NCBI GenBank assembly: GCA_965249575.1
Contig: OZ252244.1
Location: 256,001-320,000 of the forward strand
Source of the DNA: Gemmatimonadales bacterium
GTDB lineage: Bacteria > Gemmatimonadota > Gemmatimonadetes > Gemmatimonadales > GWC2-71-9
Direction: 5' to 3'
Length of the DNA: 64,000 nucleotides
Shown here: piece after piece, positions 9,906 to 18,332 of the stretch
Layout: each line of letters begins with the position of its first letter
How positions within the stretch are numbered: the stretch's first letter is position 1
Made by a program: the position numbers and the translations under genes
Notes under the pieces: generated by a model
Database searches by the model: none
What the model saw: only the letters and a program-made list of their open reading frames with translations
Told to the model about the DNA's origin: nothing

Positions 9906-11239
9906 CCCACGACGGTCAACCTCCTCGACACTCGGGCATTCTCAACCCGGGTCCCGGTGAACGTGGCGCCGGTGGTACCGGTGATCGTCACCGTCATGTA
10001 CGAACCCACCAAACTCGGGGACCCATCGACCATCACGACCTTGTTGGTGCGGGTGCGCGCTTGGAGGAAATCTCCACGCCGCGAACGACCCTCCACCAGA
10101 ACCTCCTGTGCCGAACCGACGAGCGCATTGTTCTTCGCACGCGCGGTTCCACGGACGACGTCGATGAGGCGCTCAAGTCGCTCTCCAGCGACCGCATCGG
10201 GAATCCGGTCCGGGATCCGGACAGCGGGCGTCCCGGCCCGGGGTGAGTACCTGAAGGTGTAAGCGTCGTCGAACCCGGCGTCGGTGACGAGACTCACGGT
10301 TTCGAGAAAGTCGCCCTCGGTCTCACCGGGGAAACCCACAATGAGGTCGGTACTGACGGCGAGCCCCGGTATCGCAGCTCGCAGCTTCGCCAGGCAGTCG
10401 AGGTATCCAGAGCGGGTGTAGCGCCGGAGCATCCGCTTCAGGACTCGAGACGATCCGCTCTGCGCCGGAAGGTGGACGTGCTCGCAGACTGCGGGCACCT
10501 CGCCCATCGCCTCCACGACCCGGCTGGTGAAGTCGTTGGGGTGCGGGCTCGTAAACCGCAGTCGCTGCACACCGCCAATCGCCCCCACGGCTCGGAGGAG
10601 GTCGGCGAAATCGTGTTCGCCGTCGTGATAGCTGTTCACTGTTTGTCCGAGGAGTGTGACCTCACTCACGCCGCCGGCGACGAGCCGCTCGATCTCGCGG
10701 CACACGTCCACCAATCTGCGGCTCCGCTCGGGACCGCGCGTCATCGGAACGATGCAAAACGTGCACCGATAATCGCAGCCTCGCTGCACGGTGACGAACG
10801 CGCTCGACGCCGTCTCGCTCCGCGTAGTGACGTCCTCGTAGTGCTCGAGCGGCTTGAAATCTACGTCAGCTGCCCGTTGGCCTATGCGCGCGCCCTCAAT
10901 CAACCCGGGGAGCGAGCGATATCCGTCGGGGCCGGCAACCAGATCGACGTGCGGCGCTTGATCGAGAAGCGTGGGCCCGAGACGCTGTGCCATACACCCC
11001 ACCACACCCAAAACGTCTCCAGCCCGTTTGTGTCGTTTGAGATCGCCCAGCCGACCCACGACGCGTTGTTCCGCGCGGTCGCGCACGGCACATGTATTCA
11101 CCAGCATGACGTCCGCCGTGGCCGGGTCATCGCTCATGACGTACCCGTGGCTCCCAAGCAGCCCCTGAATGAGGTCGCTGTCAGCGACGTTCATCTGACA
11201 CCCGTAGGTCTCGACGTACAGGCTACGCGCTGTAGTCAG
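9902..11239 (-). CDS. miaB: tRNA (i6A37) methylthiotransferase MiaB
   Basis: ETYGCQMN, NTCAVR, radical-SAM CDYRCTFC, RFTSPHP, TRAM domain. Start appears to be CTG at 11239. Confidence 0.93.
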   Translation of the reverse strand: MTTARSLYVETYGCQMNVADSDLIQGLLGSHGYVMSDDPATADVMLVNTCAVRDRAEQRVVGRLGDLKRHKRAGDVLGVVGCMAQRLGPTLLDQAPHVDLVAGPDGYRSLPGLIEGARIGQRAADVDFKPLEHYEDVTTRSETASSAFVTVQRGCDYRCTFCIVPMTRGPERSRRLVDVCREIERLVAGGVSEVTLLGQTVNSYHDGEHDFADLLRAVGAIGGVQRLRFTSPHPNDFTSRVVEAMGEVPAVCEHVHLPAQSGSSRVLKRMLRRYTRSGYLDCLAKLRAAIPGLAVSTDLIVGFPGETEGDFLETVSLVTDAGFDDAYTFRYSPRAGTPAVRIPDRIPDAVAGERLERLIDVVRGTARAKNNALVGSAQEVLVEGRSRRGDFLQARTRTNKVVMVDGSPSLVGSYMTVTITGTTGATFTGTRVENARVSRRLTVVG

Positions 11240-12492
11240 GTCATTCCTCCGCGAGCCGGTTCGGCATAGAGGCACCCATCTTCCCACCGCATGCGCGCCG
11301 CGACGCGCGGCACCTCGGCAAGATCGGAACAAAGATAGGCCGACAGGTAATCTTCCGTCAGGCACTCCACTCTGCCCTGGCGGTGCCCGGTCACCACCGC
11401 ATCACATGCGGCGCCGTGCCGGGCACGACGGTAGCGCGACCCCTTGTGCGACGCGAGAGAGCGCAGCTCGGCTGCGCGGCGTGATACGGTGTCCGGCGCC
11501 ACCGGTGGGCCCAGCCTGCCCGCCGGTGCGCCGGGTCGCTCCGAATACGGAAAGACGTGTAGGTACGTGAACGGCAGGGCGTCGACGACCGCGACCGTCG
11601 CCTCGAAGTCCCGCTCCAATTCGCCGGGAAACCCCACCATCACGTCCGCTCCCAAGCCGAACGTGGGAAGTCGGGCAGCCAGGCGCTCGAGCCGCGTCAC
11701 ATACCGAGCAGCCGTATACCAATGCCGTCCCATCCGCCGGAGGAGCCGGTCGCTGCCGGACTGCAGCGGCGCGTGAAGGTGCGGAGCGAGCCGGTCAGGT
11801 GCCCCCACCATGAGATCGGCGATACGGTCGTCCACCTCGGTCGCCTCGATGGACGAGAGTCGGAACCGCACGCCTGGCACGCGAGACACCAGGTACTCGA
11901 GCAGTCGTCCGAGGTCTGCCGGGGGCGGCAGATCGGCCCCGTAAGACCCAATGTGCACCCCAGTCAGGACGATCTCCGGATGCCGGGCGGCCAGCGCTTG
12001 GGCCTCTTCCCCGAGGTCACGCATGGGTCGGGAGCGGCTAGCACCTCGCGCAAGAGTCGTAGCGCAAAAAGTGCAGTGCTCGTCGCAGCCGTCCTGAATC
12101 TTGAGCCAGGCCCGGCCGCCCCGGGCGAACGACCGAAGAATCGGGTCGATCTGATCGGTGGCGAGCCCGAGGGCGTCGAGCACGTCGGCGACCCCCGCTC
12201 CACCTACCACGGCCGTGACGCCGGGCAGGGCCGCAATGCGGCCGTCATCGAGAGCGGCGGCACACCCCATCACGACGGTTCGCGTCTCGGGACGCCGCCG
12301 GGCAATCCGCCGGACGAGGCCGCGCATCTTCGCCTCGCCCGTATGCGTCACGGTGCACGAATTCACCACAGCGGCATCGGCACACGCGACGTCATCGGTG
12401 ATGACCGCGCCCGCCGTCTCAAGCGCCTGGCGGACCACCTCCGTGTCGTACTGGTTGGCCTTGCAGCCAAAGGTATGGAGGTAAACGCGCAT
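11236..12492 (-). CDS. mtaB: tRNA (t6A37) methylthiotransferase MtaB-like
   Basis: TFGCKANQYDT, NSCTVT, LKIQDGCDEHCTFC, LHVFPYSER. Confidence 0.85.
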   Translation of the reverse strand: MRVYLHTFGCKANQYDTEVVRQALETAGAVITDDVACADAAVVNSCTVTHTGEAKMRGLVRRIARRRPETRTVVMGCAAALDDGRIAALPGVTAVVGGAGVADVLDALGLATDQIDPILRSFARGGRAWLKIQDGCDEHCTFCATTLARGASRSRPMRDLGEEAQALAARHPEIVLTGVHIGSYGADLPPPADLGRLLEYLVSRVPGVRFRLSSIEATEVDDRIADLMVGAPDRLAPHLHAPLQSGSDRLLRRMGRHWYTAARYVTRLERLAARLPTFGLGADVMVGFPGELERDFEATVAVVDALPFTYLHVFPYSERPGAPAGRLGPPVAPDTVSRRAAELRSLASHKGSRYRRARHGAACDAVVTGHRQGRVECLTEDYLSAYLCSDLAEVPRVAARMRWEDGCLYAEPARGGMT

Positions 12493-13641
12493 TCAGGGCC
12501 GAAGCTGAAGGCCGAGGGCCACCTGCCAGACACGCTCTTTGGCGTTGCCGCCGTCGCGTAGCACGCGCTCGAGACTCAAATCGAGGTTGGCGCGGCCGCC
12601 CGCCATGCTCATCGCGGACCCCATGGCGAGGTCGATTTCCCGCGGCTGCTCGGCGTTCGCGCTGAAGGGCAGTTGCGCCCATCTCACTCCCAGCCGAAGC
12701 GGGAACTTCGATAGCCCGCTCTGGGGACCTCCGATTTCGACTCCCGCCCCGACTTCCCACGTGTCGAATGCGACACCGCGCCCCAGCGGGGCGAGGTCCG
12801 GGGCCGCGTCCGACCAGGTCCGCCGCGTGGCGGTGCCCGAAAACCGGAAAGCTGGATGCGGCGTGTATTGTAGACCGCCCGTGAGCGAGACCGGTAGATC
12901 GACGTCTTCGGTTACCGTGGACGACTGGGACCGCTCGAGGCGCGTGTCGATCCGAACAGCGGCGGCAAGCCAGAGCGTGCTCACCGGCGCGGTCAAGATT
13001 CCCACGGACATGCCGAGGCCCGAGAAACCCTCGTCCACCGAATCCGCGAAGGGCCGCAAGGACGCGTCAGAGAACTGGCGCAGCACTCGGGACTTCGTCC
13101 TCCCACCGAGAATGTGTCCAGCTACACCGACCGAGACCGTCGACAGCGGCGACCACGAGAGCGCTGCCCGCACGTCCGTGATGCCGCCCTTGGAGCTCAC
13201 ACGGTCCACGACGTCGACGGGTTGTCCGCCGACCAGCACTTGGTCGGACGCCGTGACATCGAATGTCCGCTCTGCATACCCGGCGTACCCAACCGAATAT
13301 CCGAATCTGCTGCGGCCCAACGACCCTCCAATCAGCAGCAAGGGAAACGTCGTGGCGCGCAATCCCGTGGCGCTCACGCCACCAGCCGTGTAACTGCGGA
13401 ACTCGGTGGCCCAGGAGGCAGCCACGGTTACGCGAGTGAGCCGGGCCGGCGCGGCCGGGTTGAGCGGTGACTCCGGGTCAAATGCGACGCTGCCACCCCC
13501 CACGGCCCGCGCGGCCACTGCTGCCTGCCGGGCCGGGAACCCAATACCGAGCACCCCGTATGCAGAGTTCTGCGCGGCGAGCGGGAGCGGGAGTGCCGCC
13601 GCCAGAGCGAGTCCGTACACGAGGAGCCGGCGCCCAGTCAT
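12493..13641 (-). CDS. Predicted outer-membrane beta-barrel protein
   Basis: Signal peptide (…LPLAAQ), NPAA motif, alternating amphipathic strands. Confidence 0.6.
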   Translation of the reverse strand: MTGRRLLVYGLALAAALPLPLAAQNSAYGVLGIGFPARQAAVAARAVGGGSVAFDPESPLNPAAPARLTRVTVAASWATEFRSYTAGGVSATGLRATTFPLLLIGGSLGRSRFGYSVGYAGYAERTFDVTASDQVLVGGQPVDVVDRVSSKGGITDVRAALSWSPLSTVSVGVAGHILGGRTKSRVLRQFSDASLRPFADSVDEGFSGLGMSVGILTAPVSTLWLAAAVRIDTRLERSQSSTVTEDVDLPVSLTGGLQYTPHPAFRFSGTATRRTWSDAAPDLAPLGRGVAFDTWEVGAGVEIGGPQSGLSKFPLRLGVRWAQLPFSANAEQPREIDLAMGSAMSMAGGRANLDLSLERVLRDGGNAKERVWQVALGLQLRP

Positions 13642-14891
13642 CGGGACGCGCCCACCAGCGTCGGCGTAAACGTGACGTTCAGCACGGGCGTCGCCCCGGG
13701 GGTCCCGGCCGACCCGAAGCGAAGCTCCGTAAGGGCGGCTCCCTCGTTGGCCGGAATCAACATGATCGATCGGGGAAGGAGGCTGTCCCCTCGCCACCCC
13801 GCGATGATGTGCGTGACGTCCACCACCACCGTGTCGGAGTTACCGACGCGCACGAACCCAGCACGAGTCAACGAGTCCGACGGTTGAACGACGAATGGGC
13901 CGCACAGGTTGACGGTACATGTGGGGGATTTCGGTCCGAAGTCGGCGGCGACGGCATACGCCATGACACGAGCCGTGTCGCTCGGCGCCCCGATCGCGGG
14001 CTCCGTAGGCACCAGGAGGAGCCGCGCACGGAGCACCTGAGAAGAGTCGACGATGCTCGAGGGCAGCGCCGTTCGTAACAAGACTCGGGCTGACGGGCTC
14101 CCGCCCACCACGTTGTCGCCAACGGCTACGGGCGGCAGACCCGGTGACAGGAACGTCGTAAAGCGAGCCAGCCGCGCATCGAACCGCTCGACGGACATCC
14201 CGGAGGAATCGGCCTGAACGAACCTGGCCAGGGCCGGCCCTTCGACCGAAAACCTGCCCTCGAGGACCACATAGGCTGGCGCCGGCGCCCTCAGCGCGAC
14301 ACCGATCGCAGTGTTCCGATTGTCCGTATCGAACGTCGGAAAAGCCGATCGCGGCATGACCGCCGCGACTCGGCCGGAGCGCAAAGTGTCGGGTAGGGCG
14401 ATGGTGGCGATGAGCGTGCTAGCGTCAAAGAACGGCGAAACGTCTGCGTGTGTCGTCAGGGTATCGAAACCGAGAGGCATGCGATGGACTAGCAACTCCA
14501 GTCCGCCGACCGCGGCACGCCGCTCAATGACGAGCTCCACACGAAATGAGTCGACGGCCACGACCTCGATGGATGTCGTATCGGAGATCGTGCTGTCCGG
14601 TGGAATCAGGAACACTCTAGTGGGAAACGAGTTGAACTGGACGATCACGCGGCTGTCACCTGACCCAACTGGGGTGGCAACCTGAAGCTGCTGTGCCTCG
14701 TGGGCCGCGACAGACCCACGGAACGAGCTGTCCAGCACGATGGCGTTGGCGATGACCGTGTCCACGGCGCTCAGGGAGACCGACGGGCAAAACTCAGGGC
14801 AGGCTCCTGGTGCCGACACTTCTTCGGCACAGCCCGTGCCCGCGAGCGCTACCAAGCATACACCTACCCACGAGGCCCCCCCGAACTTCAC
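13638..14891 (-). CDS. Hypothetical lipoprotein
   Basis: Lipoprotein-type signal VCLVALAGTG-C; beta-rich; GTG with GAGGGG SD; overlaps the downstream gene by 4 bp. Confidence 0.7.
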   Translation of the reverse strand: MKFGGASWVGVCLVALAGTGCAEEVSAPGACPEFCPSVSLSAVDTVIANAIVLDSSFRGSVAAHEAQQLQVATPVGSGDSRVIVQFNSFPTRVFLIPPDSTISDTTSIEVVAVDSFRVELVIERRAAVGGLELLVHRMPLGFDTLTTHADVSPFFDASTLIATIALPDTLRSGRVAAVMPRSAFPTFDTDNRNTAIGVALRAPAPAYVVLEGRFSVEGPALARFVQADSSGMSVERFDARLARFTTFLSPGLPPVAVGDNVVGGSPSARVLLRTALPSSIVDSSQVLRARLLLVPTEPAIGAPSDTARVMAYAVAADFGPKSPTCTVNLCGPFVVQPSDSLTRAGFVRVGNSDTVVVDVTHIIAGWRGDSLLPRSIMLIPANEGAALTELRFGSAGTPGATPVLNVTFTPTLVGASR

Positions 14892-15058
14892 TGCCCCTCT
14901 GCTTCGTCGCGTCAAGTAATCACTCCGTCGATTCCGAGTTCGGCCCGCTCGAGTCCCCCAAAAGCAGAGCGCCGCGCATACTGTTGCAACACCGGTACGG
15001 TCGTTCAGTGCCCGTGGGCATCAGTTCGCCACGAGGCTTATCCGTGTGCGGGGCGGGG

Positions 15059-16153
15059 CTACCGGCCCTCGTCGGCACCGACATAATCGCGCGGCAGTCG
15101 CACTCCGAGCCTGGCCAGCATCTCGTAGTTGTTAGTGCGCGACCAGGAACCCATCTCCTCCCATGAGATCTCGGCGGTGCCGTCGCGTCCCACCACGGTC
15201 GCCACGTCCCCGACCCCGACCCCGACCTCAGCGGTACCGGCAGACCCCACGTCGACCGTCGTGAGATCCATTGAGATCCGGCCCACGACCGGCCGGCGTA
15301 CGCCGTTGAGCAGCACGTCGGCCCGATTCTGAGCCACCCTGGGCAGGCCGTCGGCATACCCAAACCCGAGCGTCGCTACCCTCGTGTCCGCCGGCGCCAC
15401 CCAATCACCCCCGTACCCCACGGATTCTCCTGAACGGATCGTCCGTACGCTCACTACCCGGGCGCGAACGGACGCAACCGGCCGGGGAGCCGGGAGGTCG
15501 TATCCCATGCGCCCTCCGTACAGGAAGATACCAGGCCGCACGAGGTCGAGGGTCTTCGCCAGCCGGAAGACGCCCGCGCTGTTGGCCACATGCAGGAGCT
15601 CGGGACGGGTCTTGAGACCGTTGACCGCAGCATGGAACCGATCCCACTGGGCCGCGACCGATTCCGGTGATTCATCGGCCGAATGGAGATGGGTAAACGC
15701 CCCCTCGATGGCCGGTGACGCGGAAACGCGGTGCGACTCGTCCCACCGGATTCCTGCACGGCCCATCCCCGTGTCGATCTCCAGATGGTAGGGGAGGTCC
15801 CACTCACCAAGAGTGGCTGGATCGTCGAGCACGGCTCTCAAGTCGTACTGCCGGTAGTGCTCCCGTTGCTCCTGGCGGGCCGGCGTGAAGACGACGATCG
15901 GCCCGCCGATAGAGGCATTCCGCAGCTCTACGGCCTCATCGAGCGTAGCCACGCCGAACCCCCACAACGCCGGTTGGCCCTCGAGCGCGCGCGCGACACG
16001 AATAGCGCCCAGTCCGTACGCGTTCGCTTTGACCATGGGGAGGAGAGCAGCCCCGGGAGCGACATCCCGAATCGCCGCCGCGTTCGCGACCAGATTGGCC
16101 AGGTTTACTTCGACCCAGGCCCGTTCCCTGGGCGCGCGCGTTGACACGTTCAC
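15059..16153 (-). CDS. alr: Alanine racemase
   Basis: MVKANAYGLG PLP-lysine motif, IDTGMGRAG, GYADG, GRISMD. Confidence 0.95.
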   Translation of the reverse strand: MNVSTRAPRERAWVEVNLANLVANAAAIRDVAPGAALLPMVKANAYGLGAIRVARALEGQPALWGFGVATLDEAVELRNASIGGPIVVFTPARQEQREHYRQYDLRAVLDDPATLGEWDLPYHLEIDTGMGRAGIRWDESHRVSASPAIEGAFTHLHSADESPESVAAQWDRFHAAVNGLKTRPELLHVANSAGVFRLAKTLDLVRPGIFLYGGRMGYDLPAPRPVASVRARVVSVRTIRSGESVGYGGDWVAPADTRVATLGFGYADGLPRVAQNRADVLLNGVRRPVVGRISMDLTTVDVGSAGTAEVGVGVGDVATVVGRDGTAEISWEEMGSWSRTNNYEMLARLGVRLPRDYVGADEGR

Positions 16154-16194
16154 AGCTCGGCCGGTATTGTACCGGCGGGAGAAGCCAAATGCAA
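16141..16194. promoter_or_regulatory. Overlapping divergent sigma70 promoters for alr and mazG
   Basis: Plus: TTGACA(16141)-18bp-TATTGT(16165). Minus: TTGCAT(16194)-17bp-TACAAT(16171). Confidence 0.65.
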
Positions 16195-16950
16195 GAACCA
16201 TCAGCGCTTGGACGCGTAGTTGAGCTCGTGCGGGACCTCCGCCAACGGTGCCCCTGGGATGCGGCTCAAACGCGTGAGACCCTGCGGCCGTACTTGGTCG
16301 AGGAGGTCATGGAACTCGATCAGGCCCTCTCGCGTGGCGACCTGGGCCTCGTGCGCGCGGAGCTCGGCGACCTATTGCTCCACCTCGCATTTCAGATCGT
16401 CCTGGGCGAGGAGAGCGGATCGTTCGGCGCCGAAGACGTGACGAGGACGATCGAAGACAAGATGCGTCGCCGCCACCCGCACCTGTTCGACGGAGGCGAG
16501 CGACCGGAGTCCTGGGAACGGCAGAAACTCCAAGAGCGCTCAGCACCACATCACAGCGTGTTGGATGGGCTGCCGCCTGGATTACCCCCCCTGATCGCGG
16601 CCACACGGCTGCAAGAGCGCGCGGCTGGAGTCGGGTTCGATTGGCCCGACGTTTCGGGACCGCTCGAGAAGGTGCGGGAAGAGCTAGGAGAGCTCGCGGT
16701 CGAGATCCAAGGGCAATCGTCGGCGGAGCGCATCGAGTCGGAGGTGGGGGATCTACTGTTCGCCGCCATCAACCTGGCCCGGAAAGCCGGTTGCGATGCA
16801 CGCTCGGCTCTCGAAAAGGCTAACCAGCGGTTTCTCGAACGTTTTCGCAAGGTTGAGACAATGGCCGGCGAGCGCGGCATTGACGTTGGATCGGCAGATC
16901 TGAAAGTGCTAGACGAGCTGTGGGAGGAGGCGAAGCGGAGCCTAGCCTGA
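16189..16950 (+). CDS. mazG: Nucleoside triphosphate pyrophosphohydrolase MazG
   Basis: CPWDAAQT, EEVME, ELGDLL, RRHPH, GFDW, EVGDLLF. Confidence 0.95.
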   Translation: MQEPSALGRVVELVRDLRQRCPWDAAQTRETLRPYLVEEVMELDQALSRGDLGLVRAELGDLLLHLAFQIVLGEESGSFGAEDVTRTIEDKMRRRHPHLFDGGERPESWERQKLQERSAPHHSVLDGLPPGLPPLIAATRLQERAAGVGFDWPDVSGPLEKVREELGELAVEIQGQSSAERIESEVGDLLFAAINLARKAGCDARSALEKANQRFLERFRKVETMAGERGIDVGSADLKVLDELWEEAKRSLA

Positions 16951-16970
16951 GCACGGCTGCCGCGCACCCC

Positions 16971-18269
16971 TCAGGGGCGCAGACGGTGCATCTGACGGGG
17001 AAAGGCGATGGTTTCCCGCACATGCGGAACACCGCAGATCCACGCGACCGTGCGTTCCAGGCCGAGACCAAATCCCGAGTGGACAAAGGTCCCGTACTTC
17101 CGTAGGTCGAGGTACCACCCGTACGCATCTTCCGGCAGTTTTTCTTCACGGATCCGCGCCAACAGTATGTCGTGGTCATCCTCGCGCTGGCTCCCACCGA
17201 TGATCTCGCCATAACCCTCAGGCGCGAGACAATCGTTGTTGAGCACCGTACGCGCATCGTCGGGGTTCTGCTTCATGTAGAATGCTTTGACGTCGCGTGG
17301 GTAGTTGAAGACAAACAGGGGTCTGCCAAACTGTTCGGCGAGTAGCGTCTCCTCGTCAGCTCCCAGGTCCTCCCCCCACTCGATTCCGGCCCCCAGCTCC
17401 CTGAGTTTCGCTACCCCATCGGTATACGAGATGCGGTCAAACGGCGGCACGACCTTCTCGAGGACGGCGGTGTCCCGCTCGAGCTGCTTCAAGTCGTCGG
17501 CCCTCCGGTCGAGGCACCGCGCCACCACGTACGACACGAACGATTCTTGGAGCCGCATGTTGTCGTTCGAATCGTACCACGCTACCTCGGGCTCGATCAT
17601 CCAGAATTCGGCCAAATGACGGCGAGTTTTCGATTTCTCCGCCCGGAAGGTCGGCCCGAAGCAGTACACTTTCCCCAAAGCGGCGGCGGCGGCCTCCACG
17701 TACAGCTGGCCCGTCTGCGCGAGGTAGGCCTTGCCCAGATCGAAGTAATCCGTTTCGAAGAGGCTCCCACTCGACTCACCCACTGCTGCGGTGAGGAGGG
17801 GAGAATCGACCAGAATGAAATCCCGCTCATAGAAAAAGTCTCGTATCGCCTGAATGATCTCATGGCGTATTCGCAGGATGGCTACCTGATTGCGGTTTCG
17901 CAGCCAGAGATGCCGATGCTCGAACAGATAGGTCAGGCCGTGCTCTTTCGGCGTGATAGGAAAGTCGGGGCTCTCGCCCAAGATCTCGAGGTCGATTAAC
18001 GCGAGCTCGACCCCACCCGGAGACCGCACGTCTTCTCGCACCTCACCTCTGACGGCAACCGCCGTCTCCTGGGTGAGCCTCCTGATCTCCTCCCAGACAG
18101 AAGAGGACACTTCCCGCTTGACCGCAACCACCTGCAGGTAGCCGGTGCCGTCGCGCAGCACAACGAAGGCCACTTTCCCGCTCGAGCGGGTGGTGACGAC
18201 CCAACCCCGGATGGTGGCTTCACGACCAATCGCGTTACGAAGACCGCGGATACGTGGAATGTCTTGCAT
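16971..18269 (-). CDS. asnS: Asparagine--tRNA ligase
   Basis: OB fold, YLAQTGQLY, FRAEKSKTRRHLAEFWMIEPE, GFGLGLER. Confidence 0.95.
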   Translation of the reverse strand: MQDIPRIRGLRNAIGREATIRGWVVTTRSSGKVAFVVLRDGTGYLQVVAVKREVSSSVWEEIRRLTQETAVAVRGEVREDVRSPGGVELALIDLEILGESPDFPITPKEHGLTYLFEHRHLWLRNRNQVAILRIRHEIIQAIRDFFYERDFILVDSPLLTAAVGESSGSLFETDYFDLGKAYLAQTGQLYVEAAAAALGKVYCFGPTFRAEKSKTRRHLAEFWMIEPEVAWYDSNDNMRLQESFVSYVVARCLDRRADDLKQLERDTAVLEKVVPPFDRISYTDGVAKLRELGAGIEWGEDLGADEETLLAEQFGRPLFVFNYPRDVKAFYMKQNPDDARTVLNNDCLAPEGYGEIIGGSQREDDHDILLARIREEKLPEDAYGWYLDLRKYGTFVHSGFGLGLERTVAWICGVPHVRETIAFPRQMHRLRP

Positions 18270-18278
18270 TGGGCGCGA

Positions 18279-18307
18279 ATCCTATCGCTCGCCGTTCCGG
18301 GTGTCAA
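18279..18307 (-). promoter_or_regulatory. sigma70 promoter of asnS (near-leaderless)
   Basis: TTGACA-17bp-TAGGAT, ending 9 nt before the ATG; no SD. Confidence 0.75.
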
Positions 18308-18332
18308 ACGCGTTTGCCCGGCGTGCCCGCGA

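Noticed and set aside
14982..14991. Palindrome TGTTGCAACA in the alr-lipoprotein intergenic region
   Set aside because: Single 10-bp palindrome with no second copy noticed and no clear promoter context.
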